A stretch of DNA of 64,000 bases, from the NCBI RefSeq assembly GCF_036588685.1, contig NC_086380.1:79670001-79734000 (forward strand). The letters run 5' to 3'. The notes beneath the pieces were generated by a model, which was not told the DNA's origin, made no database searches, and was given only the letters and a program-made list of their open reading frames with translations. The stretch comes from Mytilus trossulus. Taxonomy: Eukaryota. Position numbers and translations under genes: made by a program. Below are positions 28,501 through 40,580 of this stretch, in pieces; position 1 is the stretch's first letter; each line of letters starts with the position of its first letter.

Positions 28501-31500
28501 CTCGCTAACTGGTGAGTAAGAGATAGATATTATAGGAATAGTGGTGTGGTATCTCGCTAACTGGTGAGTAAGGGATATATATATTATAGGAATATTGGTG
28601 TGGTATCTCGCTAACTGGTGAGTAAGGGATAGACATTATAGGAATAGTGGTGTGGTATCTCGCTAACTGGTGAGTAAGGGATAGATATTATAGGAATAGT
28701 GGTGTGGTATCTCGCTAACTGGTGAGTAAGAGATAGATATAATAGGAATAGTGGTGTGGTATCTCGCTAACTGGTGAGTATGAGATAGACATCATAGGAA
28801 TAGTGGTGTGGTATCTCGCTAACTGGTGAGTATGAGATAGACATTATAGGAATAGTGGTGTGGTATCTCGCTAACTGGTGAGTATGAGATAGACATTAGA
28901 GGAATAGTGGTGTGGTATCTCACTAACTGGTGAGTAAGGTATAGATATTATAGGAATAGTGGTGTGGTATCTCGCTAACTGGTGAGTAAGAGATAGACAT
29001 TAGAGGAATAGTGGTGTATTATTTCGCTAACTGGTGAGTAAGGTATAGATATTATAGGAATAGTGGTGTGGTACCTCGCTAACTGGTGAGTAAGAGATAG
29101 ACATTAGAGGAATAGTGGTGTGGTATCTCGCTAACTGGTGAGTAAGGTATAGATATTATAGGAATAGTGGTGTGGTACCTCGCCAACTGGTGAGTATGAG
29201 ATAGATATTATAGGAATAGTGGTGTGGTATCTCGCCAACTGGTGAGTATGAGATAGATATTATAGGAATAGTGGTGTGGTATCTCGCTAACTGGTGAGTA
29301 AGGTATAGATATTATAGGAATAGTGGTGTGGTATCTCGCTAACTGGTGAGTAAGAGATAGATATTATAGGAATAGTGGTGTGGTATCTCGCTAACTGGTG
29401 AGTAAGAGATAGATATTATAGGAATAGTGGTGTGGTATCTCGCTAACTGGTGAGTATGAGATAGATATTATAGGAATAGTGGTGTGGTATCTCGCTAACT
29501 GGTGAGTAAGAGATAGGTATTATAGGAATAGTGGTGTTGTACCTCGCCAACTGGTGAGTATGAGATAGATATTATAGGAATAGTGGTGTGATATCTCGCT
29601 AACTGGTGAATAAGAGATAGATATTATAGGAATAGTGGTGTGGTATCTCGCTAACTGGTGAGTAAGAGATAGATATTATAGGAATAGTGGTGTGGTATCT
29701 CGCTAACTGGTGAGTAAGAGATAGATATTATAGGAATAGTGGTGTGGTATCTCGCTAACTGGTGAGTAAAAGATAGGTATTATAGGAATAGTGGTGTGGT
29801 ACCTCGCCAACTGGTGAGTATGAGATAGATATTATAGGAATAGTGGTGTGGTATCTCGCTAACTGGTGAATATGAGATATATATTATAGGAATAGTGGTG
29901 TGATATCTCGCTAACTGGTGAGTAAGGGATAGACATTATAGGAAAAGTGGTGTGGTATCTCGCTAACTGGTGAGTAAGGGATAGATATTATAGGAATAGT
30001 GGTGTGGTATCTCGCTAACTGGTGAGTAAGATATAGATATTATAGGAATAGTGGTGTGGTATCTCGCTAACTGGTGAGTATGAGATAGATATTATAGGAA
30101 TAGTGGTGTGGTATCTCGCTAACTGGTGAGTAAGAGATAGGTATTATAGGAATAGTGGTGTGGTACCTCGCCAACTGGTGAGTATGAGATAGATATTATA
30201 GGAATAGTGGTGTGATATCTCGCTAACTGGTGAGTAAGAGATAGATATTATAGGAATAGTGGTGTGGTATCTCGCTAACTGGTGAGTAAGAGATAGATAT
30301 TATAGGAATAGTGGTGTGGTATCTCGCTAACTGGTGAGTAAGAGATAGATATTATAGGAATAGTGGTGTGGTATCTCGCTAACTGGTGAGTAAGGGATAT
30401 ATATATATATTATAGGAATATTGGTGTGGTATCTCGCTAACTGGTGAGTAAGGGATAGACATTATAGGAATAGTGGTGTGGTATCTCGCTAACTGGTGAG
30501 TAAGGGATAGATATTATAGGAATAGTGGTGTGGTATCTCGCTAACTGGTGAGTAAGGGATAGACATTATAGGAAAAGTGGTGTGGTATCTCGCTAACTGG
30601 TGAGTAAGGGATAGATATTATAAGAATAGTGGTGTGGTATCTCGCTAACTGGTGAGTAAGAGATAGATATTATAGAAATAGTGGTGTGGTATCTCGCTAA
30701 CTGGTGAGTATGAGATAGATATTATAGGAATAGTGGTGTGGTATCTCGCTAACTGGTGAGTAAGAGATAGGTATTATAGGAATAGTGGTGTGGTACCTCG
30801 CCAACTGGTGAGTATGAGATAGATATTATAGGAATAGTGGTGTGATATCTCGCTAACTGGTGAGTAAGAGATAGATATTATAGGAATAGTGGTGTGGTAT
30901 CTCGCTAACTGGTGAGTATGAGATAGATATTATAGGAATAGTGGTGTGGTATCTCGCTAACTGGTGAGTAAGAGATAGGTATTATAGGAATAGTGGTGTT
31001 GTACCTCGCCAACTGGTGAGTATGAGATAGATATTATAGGAATAGTGGTGTGATATCTCGCTAACTGGTGAATAAGAGATAGATATTATAGGAATAGTGG
31101 TGTGGTATCTCGCTAACTGGTGAGTAAGAGATAGATATTATAGGAATAGTGGTGTGGTATCTCGCTAACTGGTGAGTAAGAGATAGATATTATAGGAATA
31201 GTGGTGTGGTATCTCGCTAACTGGTGAGTAAAAGATAGGTATTATAGGAATAGTGGTGTGGTACCTCGCCAACTGGTGAGTATGAGATAGATATTATAGG
31301 AATAGTGGTGTGGTATCTCGCTAACTGGTGAATATGAGATATATATTATAGGAATAGTGGTGTGATATCTCGCTAACTGGTGAGTAAGGGATAGACATTA
31401 TAGGAAAAGTGGTGTGGTATCTCGCTAACTGGTGAGTAAGGGATAGATATTATAGGAATAGTGGTGTGGTATCTCGCTAACTGGTGAGTAAGATATAGAT

Positions 31501-34500
31501 ATTATAGGAATAGTGGTGTGGTATCTCGCTAACTGGTGAGTATGAGATAGATATTATAGGAATAGTGGTGTGGTATCTCGCTAACTGGTGAGTAAGAGAT
31601 AGGTATTATAGGAATAGTGGTGTGGTACCTCGCCAACTGGTGAGTATGAGATAGATATTATAGGAATAGTGGTGTGATATCTCGCTAACTGGTGAGTAAG
31701 AGATAGATATTATAGGAATAGTGGTGTGGTATCTCGCTAACTGGTGAGTAAGAGATAGATATTATAGGAATAGTGGTGTGGTATCTCGCTAACTGGTGAG
31801 TAAGAGATAGATATTATAGGAATAGTGGTGTGGTATCTCGCTAACTGGTGAGTAAGGGATATATATATTATAGGAATATTGGTGTGGTATCTCGCTAACT
31901 GGTGAGTAAGGGATAGACATTATAGGAATAGTGGTGTGGTATCTCGCTAACTGGTGAGTAAGGGATAGATATTATAGGAATAGTGGTGTGGTATCTCGCT
32001 AACTGGTGAGTAAGAGATAGATATTATAGGAATAGTGGTGTGGTATCTCGCTAACTGGTGAGTATGAGATAGACATCATAGGAATAGTGGTGTGGTATCT
32101 CGCTAACTGGTGAGTATGAGATAGACATTATAGGAATAGTGGTGTGGTATCTCGCTAACTGGTGAGTATGAGATAGACATTAGAGGAATAGTGGTGTGGT
32201 ATCTCACTAACTGGTGAGTAAGGTATAGATATTATAGGAATAGTGGTGTGGTATCTCGCTAACTGGTGAGTAAGAGATAGACATTAGAGGAATAGTGGTG
32301 TAGTATTTCGCTAACTGGTGAGTAAGGTATAGATATTATAGGAATAGTGGTGTGGTACCTCGCTAACTGGTGAGTAAGAGATAGACATTAGAGGAATAGT
32401 GGTGTGGTATCTCGCTAACTGGTGAGTAAGGTATAGATATTATAGGAATAGTGGTGTGGTACCTCGCCAACTGGTGAGTATGAGATAGATATTATAGGAA
32501 TAGTGGTGTGGTATCTCGCCAACTGGTGAGTATGAGATAGATATTATAGGAATAGTGGTGTGGTATCTCGCTAACTGGTGAGTAAGTTATAGATATTATA
32601 GGAATAGTGGTGTGGTATCTCGCTAACTGGTGAGTAAGAGATAGATATTATAGGAATAGTGGTGTGGTATCTCGCTAACTGGTGAGTAAGCGATAGATAT
32701 TATAGGAATAGTGGTGTGGTATCTCGCTAACTGGTGAGTATGAGATAGATATTATAGGAATAGTGGTGTGGTATCTCGCTAACTGGTGAGTAAGAGATAG
32801 GTATTATAGGAATAGTGGTGTTGTACCTCGCCAACTGGTGAGTATGAGATAGATATTATAGGAATAGTGGTGTGATATCTCGCTAACTGGTGAGTAAGAG
32901 ATAGATATTATAGGAATAGTGGTGTGGTATCTCGCTAACTGGTGAGTAAGAGATAGATATTATAGGAATAGTGGTGTGGTATCTCGCTAACTGGTGAGTA
33001 AGAGATAGATATTATAGGAATAGTGGTGTGGTATCTCGCTAACTGGTGAGTAAAAGATAGGTATTATAGGAATAGTGGTGTGGTACCTCGCCAACTGGTG
33101 AGTATGAGATAGATATTATAGGAATAGTGGTGTGGTATCTCGCTAACTGGTGAATATGAGATATATATTATAGGAATAGTGGTGTGGTACCTCGCCAACT
33201 GGTGAGTATGAGATAGATATTATAGAAATAGTGGTGTGGTATCTCGCTAACTGGTGAGTAAGGTATAGATATTATAGGAATAGTGGTGTGGTATCTCGCT
33301 AACTGGTGAGTAAGAGATATATATTATAGGAATAGTGGTGTGGTATCTCGCCAACTGGTGAGTAAGAGATAGATATTATAGGAATAGTGGTGTGGTATCT
33401 CGCTAACTGGTGAGTAAGGGAGTATTAAAATATTTAAGGAAAGTACGTGAGGCATTATCCTCATCACATGTTTTCAGTACAGAATACATGTCTAACTTTA
33501 GCATACTGTTTTGTTGTTCTGCTTTATTGTATTTATAATTGTTTGTAACTTTATATTGTCATTTATGTATATGCACTATGCCCCTTGAGGGTACTTCTTA
33601 TGGAAATAAAAGATATTCTATTCTATTCAATTCTATAATGCACCACAAGTGTTGTTCAAATACGGTAGTCCTATTCCGCATCACATACGTTTGAGTACGT
33701 CAGGTATTTTTTGCTTCACATGTGCTCCAGTACGAAAGGTACGTGTATTTTCGCATCACATGGGTTCCATTAGTGACAACTTTTTGAACCAAGAAAAAAC
33801 AATTCATTCAATATTATCGCAGTCATACACAGAAAACAAACCAAATAATCCATTTGTGTCTTTTTATACAATCTATTAATGAATAGTGGCAGATTAATCT
33901 GTATTTAGTGTTTCAACTAAGATAATATTCTAATTTTCAGCCTTGGTAGGAAGTGGACAACTTTTATGTTATTTCTGATTGGTGGATCTATGGGCATTGT
34001 TGTTGGAATAATTCAGTTCATAGGTTAGATATATGAATATATATGTAGCTTTTACTATTTGAAAATTATGCTAGTATAATCTTATAGTTCTCTTTCTTGT
34101 ATAACACACAAAAGTATGGCAAGCCGTTCTCGTCAAAACTATGTTTAAACCCTTTTTTTCGAAAAAAAATACACACTAAGATTTAAAAACCTAAAATAAC
34201 ACACTGAGAAATCGAAATTACACACTGAGATTTAAAAAAATAAAAAACACACACTGAGAATTCAAAATTACACACTGAGATTTTAAAAAGACACACTGAG
34301 ATGAAATAAATTTAAAAACACACACTGAGAATTGTTAATTACACACTGAGATTTCAAAAATACACACTGAGATTAATATGCAAATTACTAATGAATATTC
34401 ATGAGATGGATGATTCAACAGATTAATATCTTGATCTCAAGAACTCTTGTCATTATAATGAAATGCGATTCCTTCAACCAACATTCGTAATAAATTTCAA

Positions 34501-37400
34501 GACTTAACATCGCTCATATTCATAAGTTTGTTGCCTATAATTCAGATCATTACTACCAGTGTATCGGGATGATTTTTTTTAACTTAAAACCGTGGGTCCC
34601 TTTTCAAAAGTCTTCCAACTGTTTCCCTGGTTTCGCTAGTTAATCTTTTATATTTTTGTTACGTTGATATGCTATAATAGACACTTGGGTAAAAATTTCA
34701 CTGCATTCTTATGCAGATTGTTCCAATGCTTTCTTATAATTTTGATAAAGTTTTTCACCATTTGGTTATATTTTGTAATAAGAGTATTAAGTGGGTATTT
34801 TTCTTGTTGTTGTATTTCTAAAGTTTTTTTATTAATAATTTGGAACCAAATCGAAGGACTAACGAGTTCTGTCCCCTTGTTGTTTTAAGCTTGTAATAGA
34901 TTCAGATCAAGTATGCTAATTAGATATGTGCGCATAAAAAGTGCGCACAAATCTCAGTGTGTAATTTTAAATTCTCAGTGTGTAATTTCAAATTCTCAGT
35001 GTGTGTTTTCAGTTTATTTGTTCTCAGTGTGCCTTTTTGAAATCTCAGTGTGTAATTTTCAATTCTCAGTGTGCGTTTTTCATTTTCGTAATCTCAGTGC
35101 GTCTTTATGAAATCTCAGTGTGTAATTTTTAATTCTCAGTGTGTAATTTTCAATTCTCAGTGTGTAATTTTCAATTCTCAGTGTGCGTTTTGAAGTTTTT
35201 AAATCTCAGTGTGCTTTGTTGTAATTCTCAGTGTGTAAATTTTTCGAAAAATGGTTTAAACATAGTTTTGACGAGAACGGCTTGCCATACAAAAGCCTGT
35301 AAAAATTGAACATGATCAAATTTGAAACGACTCTTAAGCTTTTGTCCAATGCCGCAAATGTGAATACAAAAATAGGAAAATGTAGTATGGTTGCAGTAAA
35401 GAGACAACTCTCCACAAGTGACCGAATGACACAGAAATTAACAACTATAGGTCACCAAACGGCCTTCAACTACGAACAAAACCCATTCAACACAGAAATG
35501 ACAAATGTAAAACAACTCAAACGAGAAAAAAATAATGTTTATATATTTATGTAAATCAAGTATTTGGAAAAGTTTTTGTGTTTCATCGCTAGAACATATT
35601 GGTGATTGCATGCTCACATTTTTCGCGCATATTTACAAATTTTGTTAAAAAATATATATATATATTGGCAATGCCTTATAATAGAATTTAAGAATAGGTG
35701 TTGAGGCACAAACTTATACCGTTAAATATGTAGATGTGTCATGTTTGATTCAACTGATGATATATATATATAATATATATAAAAAGTTAAAAACACTTTT
35801 TTTGTTTCATTTCAGACCTATCAGATAAAGACGAGTTGGTCAATGGCTTTGCCTTAGCATCAAAACTTTGTGTGTCGTCAGGGTGGTCTGCACTTATGAT
35901 TTTGACCTCTGAACTATATCCAACTGTAGTAAGGTTAGTTACTGTTTAAGTTTGTTTAACTCACGATTTGACCGAGATGTAAAAATAGAGTCACTTGTAT
36001 TTTTTTCATTCTTCAAATAAACCCATGAGTACATGTATGAGTTGGGGTGTATAAATGAGGGTAGAAATGCCCTTTACCGTCAGTCGTTAAACGGTCAATT
36101 TCGGCTACCATAAGCGTCAAATTGGTTATAATTTTACTGTCATTCGTCAAAATATCCTTATCGTGACTCGTCAGCGGTCTGAAATAATAATCGTTACCAT
36201 TATTTTGGGGGAAAATTTAACGTGATTGGTCAAAATCAGTCAATATTTTTACCGTCTAAAAGATAGTGTACATTTTATCGTCGTGCATCAAAAATTACCG
36301 TTAACGTCATTTGGCAAGAAATTTTACCGTTATTCGTCATGAAGTTACCCCCATTACCACCCTCGTAAATACGCAGCAACGTCTGGTCGAAATATGAACT
36401 CGCGATAGTAAGAAATTAAATCATGTGTCTTAAGACTTATGGAGACTACTGCTATATCTAATATCTATCGATAGTTATATATATGTATGTATGTTATTTT
36501 GCAGAAACATTGGATACGGCATAAACAACGCCGTGGCAAGATTGGGTGCAATGGTGGCACCACAGTTAGTATTTGCGGTATGCTTTTTTTATTTTTACTT
36601 TTCGGATTCTGTCATAGCTTTCAAGAAAAATCAGTTTCGTTCAAAGTCCTTTGAATATTCGTACACATATAGATTTTGCATCACAAACCCAATGAACCGT
36701 TTCCTGATGTCAAATAAAACAATTTTTTTTTTTAAAGTTGGCATTGGTCTATTTTTTCTCGCGTTTATGCTTTGGCTCATTGACATAAAACAAGTCCCAA
36801 CTGAAAATGTATGGGGCTACTACAGATAAAAAGTATACAGTATAAATATATACGTTAGGATCGGGAATTGAGTAAGCATGGTTCATTGATAGGATAGACT
36901 TAATTTATTTCATAAAAATAAGGGAGCTATCATTTTATTTTTAGGAAGGGGGGCTTGGATGAAAAAAGGGAGGACAAGAGTTGCGATTAAGAAAAGGCAG
37001 GCAATTTACAATTTATGTAAAATTAATCAGTAAAAGCTAATAAAAAAGGGTCGAAAACATTGAGAGAAAAATAAAAATGCAGGACAGAGATTAAAACAAC
37101 AAAAAAGGCAGGACAAAATGTTTCATCCTATAGCCCACCTTTCCCCCCAATTGAAAAATCCAATAGAAGCTCCCTAAATTAATTTTTATTGCATTTCAGA
37201 GTGAGAAGATTGATGGTCTGTCATATTTATCGTTTGCTGGGATGATGTTTTTGTCCGCCATTTTAGTTGTCACTTTACCGGAAACAAACAAAACTGCATT
37301 GCAAGACACGATGGATATTACCATAAGTCAGAAAGAGTCAGATAAACAAAGTATTATGAATCCCGGATACGAAAAAGAGAATTACGGAACAATAGATTAG
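22586..37400 (+). CDS. SLC22 / organic cation transporter-like MFS protein, 8 coding exons, ~521 aa
   Basis: Exons 22586-22888, 23889-24310, 25917-26150, 26606-26737, 33941-34023, 35816-35933, 36505-36577, 37200-37400 (sum 1566 nt, in frame, all GT-AG). Family motifs: IGGLGLFQW, TVVSE|WDLVC, GQLADVLGRK, VPESYRWL, NCLGRK, ELYPTVVRNIGYG, ARLGAMVAP, LPET. Confidence 0.95.
24357..24984. mobile_element. TTAA-flanked MITE (Kolobok-like) in SLC22 intron 2
   Basis: ttaa|gggcatacgatacagtt ... aactgtatcgtttgccc|ttaa. Confidence 0.75.
26700..33421 (+). repeat. 52-bp minisatellite, ~129 copies, made of the SLC22 exon-4 3' end plus splice donor
   Basis: Unit gatattataggaatagtggtgtggtatctcgctaactg|gtgagtaagagata. 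The first copy overlaps the exon (DIIGIVVWYLAN); unique intron resumes after 33421. Confidence 0.98.
34114..35290. mobile_element. Foldback-type element with long TIRs built from subterminal acacactgaga repeats
   Basis: gtatggcaagccgttctcgtcaaaactatgtttaaacc is exactly inverted at the right end; aaaa flanks both sides; ~20-bp tandem motifs are mirrored in both arms. Confidence 0.85.
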
Positions 37401-37792
37401 TTTTAAAAACTTGATCATGCGTTAAGTGTTTTATTTACGTGTGTTGTTAGTTACACACGAAAAGATAACAAAAAAATTAATGCATTATTCCTCTAATTGA
37501 GTGGCAGCTGTTGTGGTGTTTGTACTCTGAATATACCCAATACCAACTTCCCAGTCCCAATCGGTTAATATGGTAATAAACGAGGAAAGTTTAACCTATA
37601 TTTCATTCAAGCTTGATAAACTTTACATACATAGCACTAAATACTCATATTTTGTCATGAATGCTATTTGAACTGAATAATAAAGAATGCATAGCATGTA
37701 TAAACATTAAATTTAGAAGAACATACTGAAAACACTTAAAATTATTACACAAGGGTATGCAGATGCATCGCAAGGTTCGAATGAACAAAATC

Positions 37793-40534
37793 CTAATCTC
37801 TTGCATAGTCTCTTGATAAAAGAAACGCTGAAATAAGAGGTAATCGTAAACCATTAATAACTTCTAATACTCCATCATGAAAATCATAGAGAGCACCAGA
37901 TGCCAAGGTTTTTCTACCGGAATCACTAACAAGAACTTCCGGGAAAACATATTTCGTTGAAAAGTTACCCATAAGCCTAAACTCCCGGAAGTACAAATTC
38001 GATTCTTCCGTTAGTATCCCACAAGTCTGTGGACTACTTCCGGCACATTCTAAAACAACGCACACTTGTAAATACATTCTATGTAAATACGTATGAAGAC
38101 CATCAAAGGCGCCAAAAGCAACGAGCTTTCCCGATCCTTCCATCATCTGATAGTCAAATTCGCAACACAAACTATTATCACACACAGTTACAATGTCGCC
38201 AGAGTTTTCTAATATTTTCATAGTGTAGGTATCGTTGAATATTTCCCCCTGAAAAGTTCCAGATGTTTTTGATGGAGTATCATGCTCATCATTTTCAGAA
38301 GATGTCTTTTTAACCGAATCGTGTTTTGAATGTGAGGTTGCGTTTTGTTTACGATTTATCTCTGTTTCCTCTTTGGCATGAACATCTTCTTTGTAATTTG
38401 AATTCAAATCGGCCACTAGAAGTTTAGGTTGGTTACTTTTATCATTATAAAAAGTTTTGTAACCGTTTGCTGTATAAATGCCTGAACCGTAGATTGAATC
38501 TTCCGGAACTTGGAGATTGGCTGCAAGCAAGTTTATCCCCATTCCCATGGCAAATGCAGAGTGGAACTGTATTGAAGAAAATAAAGGTGGAGTATCAGTC
38601 CAAGCTGCCGGGTAAACAACATCTGTTATATTGTATTTTTCGATTAAACTGATTGCTGGCGTCTTATAAACCATATCCAAACTGGTAAACAGTCCGAATC
38701 TTCCGAATGGAGTATCGAAATATATGTGTTCCGGTTCCGCTGGTGCGTCAAACTGATCCTCATTGTATAAATGTGTTTTATGATATCGAGCTATCAGTGT
38801 TCCGTTGTGGTCAAAAACAACATCTGTATTGAATTGATAGTGACTATCAGTTGGACAATTAGAATCACTTGATTTATTGCATGTTTGGAAACTTCCCATA
38901 TTAACAACCATGTAAATGTTATTGGCCTGCGCAATACAACTTAAATTCCACAAAATGTCACTGTTATTGTTATATTTTTGGGGATTAGTACATGGATTCC
39001 ACGTGTCTTTGGTGGGGTCGGGGATATATTCTAGATACGGTTCAATTCCTTGCCTTGTGAAGTCATTCCCGTATAGACCATCATCAGAAAAAACAAGTAT
39101 TTGAACACCCTGCAAAAAAACCCAGCTATTAAAGAAGATGATTAGTTGCAATAGCATTACCGTTAAATGTTTTACTGCATTGATGTTTATGGCCAAAATA
39201 TTTGAAAATCTACAACCTAATACAAACTTGTTAATTTCTGTGTGTTTTGGCCACGTGAAGAGTAGTCTCATTGGCAATCATATCATATCTTCTTTTTTAT
39301 ATTTACAAACCCTGATAAACGCCAAAATGGACCCCTCTCCCATATCCAGACCAAAAAGTAATGCTATGTTAACAGGCTATCAGCAGGGTAGTAAGACAGG
39401 CGGATCGGATTGACAGAGTTGACCAAATTTGCTCAATCGGTGTATACATAGTATTTTAAAGTCTTCTCTATTAAGCCGGAGCTTGTGATAGTTTTGAACC
39501 TGTAGTGAGTTGAGATTTGTTTTGGTCGGTGTTGATGTCCTACTGTGCCTTTAGGATGAAGAACAGTAATAAAATACATAAAAGTGCTGTTTCTTTGCTT
39601 TTTTGTGTGTTTGTTTATGTTACGCATTTACCGATTTTATGTCATGGATTGATACCCCATTCCTTTGTTTTTTTCTATTATAATAAATCTACTGATTGAT
39701 ATTTGAACTGATGATCCTATTACCAGAGCGTGTCAATCACAATTAAAAATAAAAAAGAAACGCCCTTTTATAAAAAAAAAAGTGTATGTTGTTAAAGATG
39801 TTCTAGGACTTTTAAAACCTTACGCTGATCGTTATTGATGTCGTTTGGTTGCAATTATCTACTATCTTGGACGTATATCATCTCTGAACACACATTGTAC
39901 GTAAGATGGTACATATTTGATAAAGGCACCTTACTTTGCTATCCTAATGAAGAAGTTTACGTAAACTAGAAATCAGACACGTGTTTCGTTTTACTCCAGA
40001 TTTTCTGATTTAACAATTTTAATCTAAAGCAAGAACTAAAGTTATAACCTTCATCCGGGACACTCAAAGTGAATACTGTAAGCAAATGATGTATAAGAAC
40101 CGTATAGCTGAATGACCATGTGACCAAAAACATACAAAAGGATCTAAAAAAAATAGCCGAATCCATCTAGTGTTAACATTGCCTGAAAGAGTTGATTCAG
40201 AATCTTGAGATTCTTAATAATTCATAAGTAAAATTGAGAATGGAAATGGGGAACGTGTCAAAGAGACAACAACCCGACTATTAAAGAGCGAAAGACAGCC
40301 GAAGAATATATATAAGCAACCTACTTGATTCTTTGCCTCTGAAGCTACATTGTTATAGATATCTATATTATTCATCATATTATCTAACGCCCTCTGTCTG
40401 CTAACATTTGTGTGTGTTCCATTTGGCTGGATAACACGATGGGCGTAGACTCCTGCTCTGTACTGTTTCTGAGTATAAACGACAGAGCATAACATCAAAC
40501 AATTGAACACAATTATCCAATCGACAAAAGTCAT
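37793..40534 (-). CDS. Vanin/biotinidase (pantetheinase) family carbon-nitrogen hydrolase-like protein, 2 exons, ~508 aa, catalytic residues altered
   Basis: Exon 1 40534-40325 (signal peptide + YRAGVYAH...NIDIY...AKNQ, donor gtaggt); exon 2 39109-37793 (acceptor ttttttgcag). Motifs: GVQILVFSDDGLYG, YLEYIPDP..WNPC, LSCIA, YQFNTDVVFD..G.LIARYHK.HLY, FDTPFGRFGLFTSLD, NLLAAN, GSGIY, VCDNSLCCEF, AFGAFDGLH, GNFSTKYVFPEV, ending SRDYARD. Confidence 0.93.
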
Positions 40535-40574
40535 CGTCAGGGACTATATTCTATATCTGAACACACTCTACACA

Positions 40575-40580
40575 TTTATA
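40575..40580 (-). promoter_or_regulatory. Candidate TATA box of the vanin-like gene
   Basis: TATAAA on the - strand ~40 nt upstream of the ATG at 40534. The AT-rich context makes a chance match plausible. Confidence 0.3.

Noticed and set aside
26700-33421. CRISPR array interpretation of the 52-bp and 62-bp arrays
   Set aside because: There are no unique spacers and no cas genes; the units are head-to-tail copies of eukaryotic exon/intron junctions.
26738-33421. In-frame cassette microexons in the 52-bp array
   Set aside because: AG-to-donor distances within a consensus unit (22, 28, 37, 41, 43, 47 nt) are not multiples of 3, and there is no polypyrimidine tract.
39110-39277. N-terminal extension of the 494-aa ORF
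   Set aside because: It is intronic read-through. A clear acceptor lies at 39110-39111 and the true signal-peptide exon is 40534-40325.
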